From a virus: DNA of 64,000 nt. Numbering within the stretch: the stretch's first letter is position 1; each line of letters begins with the position of its first letter. A model generated the notes under the pieces. It was given only the letters and a program-made list of their open reading frames with translations. It ran no database searches and was not told the DNA's origin. The position numbers were made by a program, and so were the translations under genes. The stretch spans positions 18,349 to 82,348 of the IMG/VR virus record IMGVR_UViG_3300014838_000017; one strand, written 5' to 3'. Positions 1 to 11,000 of this stretch are shown in pieces.

Positions 1-2
1 CT

Positions 3-2654
3 TTTGACAACACACCAAATAGGTTAGAGGCAGCGTTCGTTCAACGAGACACGTCTAACCAGTATTACGAGCAAATAAACATCTCCGGCTCGAACCTTAT
101 CGTGTACTTGGATGCGACTGGTTCTTTGACGGCTGATTCTGTTACTGTGTGGGCAGAAAAGTATGGGATTGGGACATCCACGACGGCATCATATGCATTA
201 ACTTCTTCATTTGCATTAAATGGAGGAGGTGGGGGAGGAGGGACATTTATTACGGGAGCATCCTATCCTATAACTTCCTCATGGACACTTACAGCATCAT
301 ATTTTAGTGGATCAACTTCGAATTCAAATTCATCCAGCTATGCCTTGACTGCTTCTTATGCATTGAATGGTGGTGGATCAAGTGTTTCGGCTAGCTGGGC
401 AAGTCAAAGTTTAAGTGCATCATATGCATTAACTGCATCATTCGCATTAAATGGAGGAGGTGGGGGTGGAACTTTTGTTACTGGGGCAACATATCAAATC
501 ACATCTAGTTGGGCTATTACCGCAAGTTATTTGAATAATATCAGTAACTCTATCGCTGTATTAAGTGCTAGTTACGCTAATTCTGCAAGTATTGCTATAA
601 CAGCGTCATATGTGCCATCGGCAAGTTTGGCGGTTACGGCATCATATGTTCCATCAGCAAGCATTGCGGTAACAGCGTCATATGTTCCATCGGCAAGCAT
701 TGCGGTAACAGCGTCATATGTTCCATCGGCAAGCATTGCGGTAACAGCATCATATGCTCCATCGGCAAGCATTGCGGTAACAGCGTCATATGTGCTATCG
801 GCTAGTTTGGGTATTTCTGCGTCATATGCGGCAACATCAAGTGTAACCCTTACCACCATCACCGCTAGTTTTGCCATATCATCATCTTACGCCTATACCG
901 CAAGTGTTGCTATAACCGCATCAAGTGTTCCATCTGCTAGTATAGCGATTACGGCATCTTATGTACCATCATCCGTTTTTTCGATATACGCATTATCAGC
1001 AAGTTCAGCACAAAATGCATCATATGTACCATCGGCGAGCGTTGCTGTAACAGCATCATATGTTCTATCATCTAGTTTAAGTATAACATCGAGTTATACC
1101 CCATCAGCGAGTGTTTCTGTAACAGCATCATATGTATCATCAGCCATAGTTTCTGTAACAGCATCATATGTATCATCATCAACCTATTCAGTATATGCGT
1201 CTTCCGCAAGCATTGCGATAACAGCATCATATGTTCTATCATCTAGTTTAAGCATAACATCGAGTTATACCCCATCGGCTAGTTACGCTCAAACTTCTAT
1301 ATCATCAAGCTTTTCCATAACAGCATCATATGCTCCATCATCAAGCATTGCGGTAACAGCATCATATGCTCCATCATCAAGCATTGCGGTAACAGCGTCA
1401 TATGCTCCATCGGCAAGTTTATCTGTTACAGCGTCATATGCTCCATCGGCTAGTTACGCTCAAACTTCTATATCATCAAGCTTTTCCATAACTGCATCAT
1501 ATGCTCCATCATCAAGCTTTTCCATAACAGCATCATATGTTCCATCATCAAGCATTGCGGTAACAGCATCATATGTTCCATCGGCAAGTTTATCTGTTAC
1601 AGCGTCATATGCTCCATCTGCTAGTATTGCGATAACGGCATCTTACACGTCAACATCAAGTTTTTCATTTGTTGCGGTATCATCAAGCTTTTCCATAACT
1701 GCATCATATGCTCCATCGGCAAGTTTATCTGTTACAGCATCTTACGTATCATCAGCTAGTATTGCGGTAACTGCCTCATATGTATCATCATCCACCACAT
1801 CTGTTACCTCAAGTTATTCTTCAACTGCAAGTTTTGCTATTACAACGTCATATGCTATAACATCGAGTTATTCTTTAAATTCGACATCCGCAAGTGTTTC
1901 TATAACTGCATCATATGTGCCATCAGCTAGTTTTGCTATAACTGCATCAATTACTCCAACGGCATCATTTATTATTAGTTCATCATATTCATTGACGGCA
2001 TCCTTTGCGTTAAACGGTGGAGGTGGTGGAGGCGCATCATTAACCACCGGGTCTTTTTATTATATAACATCGAGTTGGGCATCAAGTTCCATTAACTCTT
2101 CGATGTCATATCAAGCAGTCACATCTTATTTATCAAATACAGCAACCACCGCAAGTTATGCCCTAAACTCTGCATTCGCATATTCATCAAGTTATGCCTC
2201 CACTGCAAGTGTTAGCATAATTACATTTGTAACACAATCAGTAATATCATCATCATTTGCATCGTCGTCGGTGTCATCCAGTTATGTCCCACTTGGACGA
2301 GCTATAGTTCTTTGTTCTGCATATACCCCCCTTTTTAGCGGGGCCGATTTTGCGGAAATACCAATTCCATATTCTCCTACGGGTGGAAGTGTAACATGGA
2401 ACATAAAACGTGCTACGTTAAGAGCACAATTTCCAGAATCAAATGTTACCGCAATAAATCTTGAATATTCTTCGGGGACTGGTGTATTTAATGCTACAGT
2501 CGTCGGAACCGTGATTTTAACTGCTGGGTCATACGAAGCTTCAAGTGGCCCATTTACCACCATAGTAAATAGCGGGGATAAGGTTCGGTTCAATGTTATT
2601 ATACTTGGTGCGGCACAGAACTGGACTGTAATAATGGAACTTTCCAATACATAA
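3..2654 (+). CDS. Ser/Ala/Thr-rich repeat protein, probable tail fibre or virion appendage (5'-truncated by the window edge)
   Basis: The frame is open from nt 3 (FDNTPNRLEAAFVQRD...) into the tracked ORF at 102. It has many 12-aa TASY(V/A)PS(A/S)S(I/L)(A/S)(V/I) repeats, poly-Gly hinges and a short globular C-terminal domain, and lies upstream of tail genes. Confidence 0.6.
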   Translation, partial: FDNTPNRLEAAFVQRDTSNQYYEQINISGSNLIVYLDATGSLTADSVTVWAEKYGIGTSTTASYALTSSFALNGGGGGGGTFITGASYPITSSWTLTASYFSGSTSNSNSSSYALTASYALNGGGSSVSASWASQSLSASYALTASFALNGGGGGGTFVTGATYQITSSWAITASYLNNISNSIAVLSASYANSASIAITASYVPSASLAVTASYVPSASIAVTASYVPSASIAVTASYVPSASIAVTASYAPSASIAVTASYVLSASLGISASYAATSSVTLTTITASFAISSSYAYTASVAITASSVPSASIAITASYVPSSVFSIYALSASSAQNASYVPSASVAVTASYVLSSSLSITSSYTPSASVSVTASYVSSAIVSVTASYVSSSTYSVYASSASIAITASYVLSSSLSITSSYTPSASYAQTSISSSFSITASYAPSSSIAVTASYAPSSSIAVTASYAPSASLSVTASYAPSASYAQTSISSSFSITASYAPSSSFSITASYVPSSSIAVTASYVPSASLSVTASYAPSASIAITASYTSTSSFSFVAVSSSFSITASYAPSASLSVTASYVSSASIAVTASYVSSSTTSVTSSYSSTASFAITTSYAITSSYSLNSTSASVSITASYVPSASFAITASITPTASFIISSSYSLTASFALNGGGGGGASLTTGSFYYITSSWASSSINSSMSYQAVTSYLSNTATTASYALNSAFAYSSSYASTASVSIITFVTQSVISSSFASSSVSSSYVPLGRAIVLCSAYTPLFSGADFAEIPIPYSPTGGSVTWNIKRATLRAQFPESNVTAINLEYSSGTGVFNATVVGTVILTAGSYEASSGPFTTIVNSGDKVRFNVIILGAAQNWTVIMELSNT
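580..1950 (+). repeat. Degenerate 36-bp (12-aa) coding tandem repeats
   Basis: Units such as gcggtaacagcgtcatatgttccatcggcaagcatt recur in frame. Boundaries are approximate. Confidence 0.85.
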
Positions 2655-2670
2655 CCCTATTTATCAATAT

Positions 2671-3741
2671 ATGGCTACATCTCAGTTTACAATCTACACA
2701 TCTTCCGATGCCGGTGGTCCGGGGTTAATTACCGGCATTACTGGTTCATTATTGAGCGTTCTTGATGCTTGCCTTGTGAATGGTTATGGCACACAACCGG
2801 GTGCGGGGTGGACAAAGCCATTTGCCAATTTCTCAGGAGCTTTGGGATGCTATAAACAGCCAACGGGGTCGGCATTAACACTATTTGTCAATGACGGTGG
2901 TGGAAATTTATCGGCAGTGGGTCAAGAAGCGTGGGCATGTGGATATGAAGTCCTAACGTATTTGACGGGTTCGGGAAATGGTTCAGGCGTCATTTTTACG
3001 GGGTCATATGGAAATGGGCAGGGGTTTGGTCAATTTCCTCTTCCTTCTCAACTACTATCCACGGGACACGTCGTATGGAGAAAGAGCACAAGTGCTAATA
3101 CCGTAGGTAGGTCGTGGATTATTGCGGCTGATTCTTCGAGCATGTATTTGTGGATTCAGACAGGTGATACCGCAGGAATGTATTATCACGGTGCCTTTGG
3201 AGATTTTTATTCGTTAAAAGGACCAACTGATTTATACCGATGTCATATATATGGACGTAATGTTGAAAATACAAATGGTGGTGCTTCGAGTGCTCAGGAT
3301 TGGACCGATTCATTATCTGCTTGGAATAATAATAACCTAAATGCATTGACGATTGCTCAACCCGGGCATTTCTTAGATCGAAATTCGGGTGGAAGTGGAG
3401 CAAGTATTGCTTATACTAAAAAAGGAGATTCTGGACTTGGGGGTAGTTGTCAAAATAACACTCCGGCATCTGTTCCAATCCAAGGGATTTTACAAACCCC
3501 AAATGGGGCGGATAATTCATTGTACTTATCTCCGATATGGATCGTCGAACCATTAAATCTTTCGTATCGTGGAAGATTGCGTGGAATTGTTCAAATATGT
3601 CATCCTACCTCTAACTTTTCAGATGGTCAGATCATTCAAGGATCAGGAGACTATAATGGAAAATCATATATAATTATTAAACAAGGCCCTACTTCCGGAA
3701 TGTGGGGGCTTGAAACCTCTCCTACAGTGGAAACGAATTAA
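2671..3741 (+). CDS. Putative tail/virion structural protein, paralog 1 of 4
   Basis: Has the SQFTIY...LDACLVNGYG...AGWTKP N-terminus typical of phage tail-associated proteins; shares both termini with the next three ORFs. Confidence 0.6.
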   Translation: MATSQFTIYTSSDAGGPGLITGITGSLLSVLDACLVNGYGTQPGAGWTKPFANFSGALGCYKQPTGSALTLFVNDGGGNLSAVGQEAWACGYEVLTYLTGSGNGSGVIFTGSYGNGQGFGQFPLPSQLLSTGHVVWRKSTSANTVGRSWIIAADSSSMYLWIQTGDTAGMYYHGAFGDFYSLKGPTDLYRCHIYGRNVENTNGGASSAQDWTDSLSAWNNNNLNALTIAQPGHFLDRNSGGSGASIAYTKKGDSGLGGSCQNNTPASVPIQGILQTPNGADNSLYLSPIWIVEPLNLSYRGRLRGIVQICHPTSNFSDGQIIQGSGDYNGKSYIIIKQGPTSGMWGLETSPTVETN

Positions 3742-3744
3742 TTT

Positions 3745-4782
3745 ATGGCGACATCACAATTTACAATTTATACATCTGCGGATGTAGGTGGTCCAGGTCC
3801 AATATATGGAAATAGTGGTTCTTTGATAACAGTATTGAATGCTTGTCTTGTAACTGGTTATAGCGAAAAACCTGCGGCTGGATGGTTAAAACCATTAACT
3901 GATAGTAGTAGTTATGCTTGTTATCAACAACCATCTGGTTCCAAGTTTACCATGTTTGTAAATGATAATTTCATTCAATCTGGAATGGAGGCATCATTTA
4001 CGGGATGGGCAAATATGACATCATTAACAGGATCGGGAAATCCGTCAGCAGATTCAAATGTTGGTGCTGGCTATGGACAGTTTCCCTTACCTCAACAATC
4101 GATTACAGTTGGAAAGGTAATGATAAGAAAAAGTAGTACTTCGGATACAACATCGGCAAGAACTTGGATTATTGCTGCCGATAATTATACGATGTATATT
4201 TGGATATTAGCTGGAGATACCGCAGGATACTATTCACATGTAACATTTGGAGATTTTTATTCTTTATATGGAGCATCCGATGTTGGAAGATGTATGATAA
4301 AGGGACGTGCGGGAGAAGGCAGTCCTAATAATCAATATGATTTTACGGATGTAATGTCGATGGGGATTTATAATGCGATCAATTATTTAACTATTCCTTT
4401 TCCTGGAAATTATTTAGCAAAAAGCGCAGCTGGAACGGGCCAAAGCATTGGAAATACGATAAAAGGAGATGCGCTTGTAGCATATGGGCTTCAGGGAAAT
4501 TATCCATATGGATGTTCATTTGGAGGACAGCTCACATCACCAAATCCAACCGATAATAATTTATACTTATCATATTTATGGGTTGTTGACCCATCCAACT
4601 CCAGTTTGCGTGGAAAATATAGAGGAATCTATCAATTGTGTCACAATCCTTCAAATTTTGTGGATGGACAGCCGATTGTAGGAAGTGGAACCTTTGCCGG
4701 GAAAACATTTTTGATAATAAAAGGAGGATATAATCTTGGAATGTGGTGCCTTGAAACATCGAATACAGTTTTAACTAATTAA
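3745..4782 (+). CDS. Putative tail/virion structural protein, paralog 2 of 4
   Basis: Same N-terminal (LNACLVTGY..PAAGW.KP) and C-terminal (RG.YQ..H...F.DGQ...LETSNTVLTN) motifs. Confidence 0.6.
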   Translation: MATSQFTIYTSADVGGPGPIYGNSGSLITVLNACLVTGYSEKPAAGWLKPLTDSSSYACYQQPSGSKFTMFVNDNFIQSGMEASFTGWANMTSLTGSGNPSADSNVGAGYGQFPLPQQSITVGKVMIRKSSTSDTTSARTWIIAADNYTMYIWILAGDTAGYYSHVTFGDFYSLYGASDVGRCMIKGRAGEGSPNNQYDFTDVMSMGIYNAINYLTIPFPGNYLAKSAAGTGQSIGNTIKGDALVAYGLQGNYPYGCSFGGQLTSPNPTDNNLYLSYLWVVDPSNSSLRGKYRGIYQLCHNPSNFVDGQPIVGSGTFAGKTFLIIKGGYNLGMWCLETSNTVLTN

Positions 4783-4786
4783 TATC

Positions 4787-5836
4787 ATGCCTTCATCACA
4801 ATTTACAATCTACACTGCTGCCGATCCATATGGTCCAGGATACATGCATGGAAATAGTGGATCATTAGTGTCCATATTAAATGCCTGTCTCGTTAATGGA
4901 TATACAGGTAAACCCGCCGCAGGATGGACTAAACCATTACCAGATGTCTCTGGAGTATATGCTTGTTATAAACAAGCAACTGGGTCAAACATGACCTTAT
5001 TTATAAATGATAATGGACCAAATGTAACTTCTTTGGGATCGGAAGCGTGGGCAGTTGGATGGGAAAGTATGACTTCTCTAACGTCGGGGTCGGCAAATAC
5101 AAATAATGGTGTGGGAACGACCTCATTTCCAACACCAATACAATCTTTAAGTGGACATGTAGTTTGGAAAAAAAGTAATACGATTGACAATACCACAAAT
5201 AGATATTGGATTCTAGCAGCCGATTCAAGTTCCATGTATTTATGGGTTCAGACCGGGGATAATTCTGCCACGGCATATTATCACGCATCATTTGGTGATT
5301 GTTATTCATTAGTAGGGTCAAGCGATAAATGGAAATGTTATATTATGGGGAGATATGTGGAAAATACTACTAACATTGGTGGTGTTGATTGGACTGATGG
5401 TTTACCAACCACTACAGACCCATACTATAGTAGTAATGGATTATCTACCCCTCAGCCGGGACATTATTTAGCCAGGACTGCTTGGGGAGGTGGAACATCT
5501 CTATCATTCGCAAAACGAGGAGATTCCGGAGTAACCCAAGGATATGCAAATACATCTTTTCCTATATGTGCACAAATAAACGGAGTGCTGGGATGTCCAA
5601 ATTCATCGGATGGACAACTTTATATGTGTCCATTGTGGCTGGCCGAACCCGGAGTTTTGCTTAGAGGAAGATTTAGAGGGTTATATCAAGTGGGGCATCC
5701 TTCCACAATGTTTTCTGATGGACAAGTAATCCAAGGTGCGAATGATTATGCAGGAAAAACATTTATGATCGTTCACCAGAGTTATTATGGTAGTTATTGG
5801 GCATTAGAGATTTCAAACACCGTGGAGACAAATTAA
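4787..5836 (+). CDS. Putative tail/virion structural protein, paralog 3 of 4
   Basis: Same shared motifs, tightly packed with its neighbours. Confidence 0.6.
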   Translation: MPSSQFTIYTAADPYGPGYMHGNSGSLVSILNACLVNGYTGKPAAGWTKPLPDVSGVYACYKQATGSNMTLFINDNGPNVTSLGSEAWAVGWESMTSLTSGSANTNNGVGTTSFPTPIQSLSGHVVWKKSNTIDNTTNRYWILAADSSSMYLWVQTGDNSATAYYHASFGDCYSLVGSSDKWKCYIMGRYVENTTNIGGVDWTDGLPTTTDPYYSSNGLSTPQPGHYLARTAWGGGTSLSFAKRGDSGVTQGYANTSFPICAQINGVLGCPNSSDGQLYMCPLWLAEPGVLLRGRFRGLYQVGHPSTMFSDGQVIQGANDYAGKTFMIVHQSYYGSYWALEISNTVETN

Positions 5837-5837
5837 T

Positions 5838-6824
5838 ATGGCTCAGTTTACAATATATAAATCATCCGATGCATCATCTCCTATACTATATGGTACGACC
5901 GGGAGTCTATTAGTTGTTCTAGATGCTTGTTTAGTTAATGGATATGGAACAAAACCTGCTGCTGGATGGTTGAAGCCGATTGTCAATGCAACGGGTAATG
6001 GATCACCGATCTATGGGTGTTATCAACAACCAACCGGTTCTGGACTGACACTATTTATTAATGATAATAGTCCAAACCAATCAGCTCTTGGAACTGAAGC
6101 GTGGGCGACTGGATGGGAGAGTTTATCTAATTTGGGGGTCTCCCCTAACACCAATGGAACTGGATCGGGACAGTTTCCAACACCTGCACAATCTCTTACC
6201 TCGGGACATGTTGTAATTCGGAAAAGTGCAACGAATGATTCGAGTAGTGTAAGACAATGGATTGTTGCCGCAGATTCCAGTTCATTCTATATGTTTATGT
6301 CTACCGGAGATACGGCGACTATGTATTATGATTTCGCATTTGGAGATATTTATTCATTCAACACGACGGCTGATTCTTATAAATGTATTATCATTGGTAG
6401 AAATACAGAAAACACATCTACGGTAACAGATGATGGTTTAGATGCCTTTACAGCTTTAAATACACCAACGATTGGAAACTATATGGCACGGAGTTTTACC
6501 GGCTTGGGGACATCCGTTCAAGTTGGAAAACATGGAGATGGAGTTAAAGGAAGTTCATATTTTTATGGAAGTATTTTATATCCAAATCCATCCGATAGCG
6601 CATTATATTTAAGTCCCATATGGGTAGTTGAACCTTCATCTCCAACAATTCGAGGACAACTGCGTGGGTTATATCAACCCTTACACGCATCTACTAACTT
6701 TACGGATGGACAAATAATTAGTGGATCATTAGATTATAACGGAAAAATGTTCGAAGTAATCCGAGAATCTCCCAATGCAGGTGCATTTGTAATAGAAATA
6801 AGTAATACGTTATTAACTAACTAA
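5838..6824 (+). CDS. Putative tail/virion structural protein, paralog 4 of 4
   Basis: Same shared motifs, tightly packed with its neighbours. Confidence 0.6.
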   Translation: MAQFTIYKSSDASSPILYGTTGSLLVVLDACLVNGYGTKPAAGWLKPIVNATGNGSPIYGCYQQPTGSGLTLFINDNSPNQSALGTEAWATGWESLSNLGVSPNTNGTGSGQFPTPAQSLTSGHVVIRKSATNDSSSVRQWIVAADSSSFYMFMSTGDTATMYYDFAFGDIYSFNTTADSYKCIIIGRNTENTSTVTDDGLDAFTALNTPTIGNYMARSFTGLGTSVQVGKHGDGVKGSSYFYGSILYPNPSDSALYLSPIWVVEPSSPTIRGQLRGLYQPLHASTNFTDGQIISGSLDYNGKMFEVIRESPNAGAFVIEISNTLLTN

Positions 6825-6825
6825 A

Positions 6826-7470
6826 ATGCCATCAACCCAATTTGTAAGAGGAAACGATACTTCCAGAACGGGAGTTGGGGCGACTGTTATTTGGGATAGG
6901 CAAATGGAAGCATCTATAAATCCAACAGTATCTATTATTCAGGATCGATTGTTAGATACATCTGCATTGGGGGCTACTATGACGAGAGATCGGAGTGGAG
7001 AACCAGGAGTTACTTCTTATTTAAGAGGATTAGCATTTGGGTCTCCAACCAGTTTGGATGGACAGGGAAGTTTTGGACGCCATATGCAAGTTGGTATAAA
7101 TAAAGATGTTAACATAGGAAATCCATCAGCACCATCATTAAGACTTGATACTGTGGGGTTTTGGAGATTCCGATGGGTTGTCAATCCTGGATCACGGAGA
7201 ATATCGGCGTTGTCTCAACAACAAGCAGCGAGTGGTTCATATACACCATCGATGGTTATAAAAGCAAATCCAAATATTGGGTTAAATTTCGATGTTTCCG
7301 CATCTGCTGCGACTATAGCAGGATGGACAAGTATTGGACCATTAATGTTTAATGCTACAGCACAAGATGTAGTATGGGTTGAACTACATAATAATAATAT
7401 GAATGTACCAAATATAAACGGAAGTTTAGTTACATATCCAGCATACTTCGACCATATAGTGGTCGCTTAA
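6826..7470 (+). CDS. Hypothetical protein, probably structural (beta-rich C-terminal half)
   Basis: 214-aa ORF starting 1 nt after the previous stop. Confidence 0.55.
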   Translation: MPSTQFVRGNDTSRTGVGATVIWDRQMEASINPTVSIIQDRLLDTSALGATMTRDRSGEPGVTSYLRGLAFGSPTSLDGQGSFGRHMQVGINKDVNIGNPSAPSLRLDTVGFWRFRWVVNPGSRRISALSQQQAASGSYTPSMVIKANPNIGLNFDVSASAATIAGWTSIGPLMFNATAQDVVWVELHNNNMNVPNINGSLVTYPAYFDHIVVA

Positions 7471-7473
7471 TAT

Positions 7474-7653
7474 ATGGCACAACAACCAAATCCCAATGAG
7501 TTCAAAGTTTGGCAAAATCAGACTCCCGTAGTTAATATTAATACGGATTTAGAGTTTAATGTTTGGCAAAATCAGACTCCCAATGCCGACATTGATGAGA
7601 GTTATCCTATAACCCCCACACAAACAATGCGTCGAAGAGTTATGGAGTTTTAA
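7474..7653 (+). CDS. Small hypothetical protein (59 aa) with two EFxVWQNQTP repeats; not in the ORF track
   Basis: ATG 3 nt after the previous stop; translates as MAQQPNPNEFKVWQNQTPVVNINTDLEFNVWQNQTPNADIDESYPITPTQTMRRRVMEF. Confidence 0.6.
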   Translation: MAQQPNPNEFKVWQNQTPVVNINTDLEFNVWQNQTPNADIDESYPITPTQTMRRRVMEF

Positions 7654-7698
7654 AAATGTTGTGTAATGTTTTCAGAATCATACAAATATTTATATCAT

Positions 7699-8004
7699 AT
7701 GTCACAAACTAAAAAACTTACAGACGCCGAGTTCTCCGAAATAAAAATGCTGCAAGGCAAATTTCAGGAGAGTATTTTCAAGATGGGAAATCAACAAGTT
7801 CAAAAAATGGAACTTGACCGTCTTGTAACAGAATTTGTTGAAAACGAAAAGAAACTGAAGGACGAGTGGCAATCACTCCAAAAGCTTGAACGAGGTCTCC
7901 TTGACAAGCTCATCCAGAAGTATGGAGAAGGAAGTTTAAACATGACAGATGGGACGATGATAACTCCTGATTCTGTGGTCACAAGTGAACAGAGAAAGGT
8001 ATAA
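7699..8004 (+). CDS. Coiled-coil hypothetical protein
   Basis: Start MSQTKKL follows the TATTTATA motif at 7687; heptad-rich with a C-terminal KYGEGSLN motif. Confidence 0.65.
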   Translation: MSQTKKLTDAEFSEIKMLQGKFQESIFKMGNQQVQKMELDRLVTEFVENEKKLKDEWQSLQKLERGLLDKLIQKYGEGSLNMTDGTMITPDSVVTSEQRKV

Positions 8005-8092
8005 ATATTTGCATCTTCGTTTTTTTGACATATATTTATAAACTGAAAATATAAACTTTCTCTATCAACAATATTGAAAGAAGGATCATAAT

Positions 8093-11000
8093 ATGCCAAT
8101 AGTTCAAGGTGGATACTTTTCGCCAGATAATAACATCGTCAGCCCGGGTGTATTCACCCGAGAAATAGACCAGTCGCAAGTTGCCCAAGGTGTGGCTCAA
8201 ATTGGCGGTGTCGTAGTGGCCCCATTCGCCCAAGGACCGGGATTTACGCCGACCGTTTGCAACTCTGTCGCCCAACTCCAATCACAATTCGGTATTCCTG
8301 ACGGAACTCTTTACGGACCATATACCGCAACCCAATATCTCCAAGAGAAGGGATTCGTTACTGTGTGCCGTGTTGGTGCTATTACAGGATATTGGCAGCG
8401 TTATCCGTGGTTCATTTGGGCAGAAGAAGGTGTATGGACCCGTGCTAATGACGGTGGATGGACCAATCCATTAGCGTCTACGATTTCTTTCGCCGGTGCT
8501 TATTACTCTGGATCGTTCACAACTCCATATTCCGTAGCTACCACTGTTAGCTATTCTGCAAACATAACTCAATCGGTCTTGACGATCACGAGTGGTTTGT
8601 TCATGTCTTCATTGCTATCATCGTCCATTTCTTACGGTGTGATTTCCGCATCTAAGCAACAAGTCACCCAAAGCTTATACTACGCTGGATCGAGTATCAC
8701 GGGAGCAATTATATTCCCTAACTCGGTAGCTTCTATAACGTTGCAAGCAGGTGCTGCCACTGGTGTTGATTCCTTCGCTCCAAACATCACTAACTCATAT
8801 TCTGTTCCAAATAGTGGTTCCTCCTTGTATAACGGAGATTCAATCACTGGATATGTAACGGGATACTTCCCAATCACAAGTTCGATTAACTTGAACGTGT
8901 CTGTTAGCTTCAATTCGGCATCTATTGTGACCGAACTCCTCGGGGAACAAAAAGTAGTTGGAAACATCCAACTTCAGTATGTTTATGAGGGAAGCAGCAG
9001 TAACTTTAATGTAACGACCGATCCATTTGAAAACGCTGGATTTAGTAACTTGTCTACTACACAAATAAGTCAGTCACTTGACTTCTGCAATAATCCTACG
9101 ATCAACTTCTTGGCTTTGCTTGAAGGTGGAATTGGAAATTATAATGGACAATTTTCTCCAGGTTCCAACGTCACTTACGATCAATGTACGAAGACGTGGG
9201 TTGGTAGTGGTTCGGCTTATAAGGTGCTCGCAGTTCTTGCAAATACTGAATTTGCAGGTCTTGGGACTAACCTCCAAGAATCTGGATTCTATAACTCGGC
9301 CATGAGTTACAGCCCATCCATATCTGGAAGTAATTTCATTAATCATCAATTCAACTTGCAGTTGAGTAATTCATTGGGTGGTGGATATGGAACATATAAC
9401 TTCTCACTTTCTCCTAACGATCCTCAATACATCACAAATGTATTTGGAAATACTGCACAAGCTGGAAATCCATTGACCTATGCTCAGGGAACCAAGATTG
9501 AAGCCGCCTATATTTACTCCATCTTCCAAGATGACATTACGGTTGTTACTTCGAACCCAGTAAACTGGAAAGTTCATGGAACTGTGATGCCTTCAGGATC
9601 ATGGATTGATGAGGCTCTTAACTTCACAGATCAATATTCATTGGACCCCGCATCTGGTGATTCGCAGTATTCTTTGACGAACGCCACAACTCCTTGGGTT
9701 GTCTCTCAACAGATTTCTCCTTGGAATGGTGGACTTCCACATCGTTTCGAACTATTTCAGTTCGCAACTTTGTCTGACGGAACTTACACCAATCAACAGT
9801 TCAAGATTGAAATCAGCAACATTAAACTTGCTGGAACAGTAGCAGGAAGTGATTGGGGAACGTTCGATGTAATCGTTCGATCTTACAGTGACACGGACAA
9901 GAAACCAATTACTCTTGAAACATTCAAGGGTTGCACACTTGATCCAACCTCCACACAGTTTATCGGACGTGCAATTGGTGACCGATACAATTATATTCGC
10001 TACGATGGAAAGATCGTCGAATTTGGAACTTACAGCAACAACAGTACAAACATTCGTGTTATTGTGGCAACCAATCCATATCCATTAACGGCAGTGCCAT
10101 ACGGTTTCGAGGCATATACAACTCCCGTAGCTGGGGAGATGGGTCAATGGTGCAATCCAGTTGCTTATTCCCGTGCTTCTCTCTACAGTGAGAATCCCGG
10201 CAAGTATCCATCTGGTATTGACTTCCAAGGACCACCCGCTGGTGCTGATGCTGAGTTAACCGCATTATATCCAACATCTTCTGCGGGTGTAGGACACTGG
10301 CAGGATAATGAACAATATTTCACCCCAGTTCCAGTTGGTGCCACGGTTGGCAGTAACTTAACATTTGCACTTGATGCATATGATGGTTTGAATGGTGTAG
10401 GAACAGGTTCGTTGCTCAATCCAAATTTGGGTGGTAATGTTCCATCCATCTATGATGCAGCAAATGAACCAACTTACATCAAGATGCGCTCGTTTGTATT
10501 CGGATTCCAAGGTGGATTCGATGGACAAGACCCAGCAATCGAATTGAACATTGGTGAAAGTATTACTGCTGGTAACACTCAAGGTTTGAACTGCGCTACT
10601 AGCACGACCGCAGGTTCGATAGCTTACGCTCAGTGTATCGGTGCTCTCGGAAATGCCGATGAGTTCGACATAAACCTTATCGTAACGCCAGGTATCATCT
10701 ACTCACTCCATCCATATGTGACCAACCTCGTGGTTGAAATGTGCGAGACCCGGGGAGATTGTTTCTACATTCTCGATCTTTATCTCGACACAGGCAACCC
10801 CGGCGAAGGACAGATTGACCAAGTTGTTTCTCTCGCAAGTGAGTTTGACACGAACTATGCAGGAACTTACTATCCTTGGATTAAGATTCTGGATACAAAT
10901 ACAAATGATATTGTAATTGTTCCTCCATCTGTAGTAATCCCCGCAGTTTATGCATCCAATGACCGTGTTGCTGCTGAATGGTGGGCTGCTGCTGGTCTTA

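Noticed and set aside
580-1950. 36-bp repeats as a CRISPR array
   Set aside because: The repeats are contiguous, in frame, vary at synonymous positions and have no unique spacers.
2671-6824. DGR or invertible shufflon acting on the four paralogs
   Set aside because: No reverse transcriptase, recombinase, inverted crossover sites or adenine-specific TR/VR pair is visible in the window.
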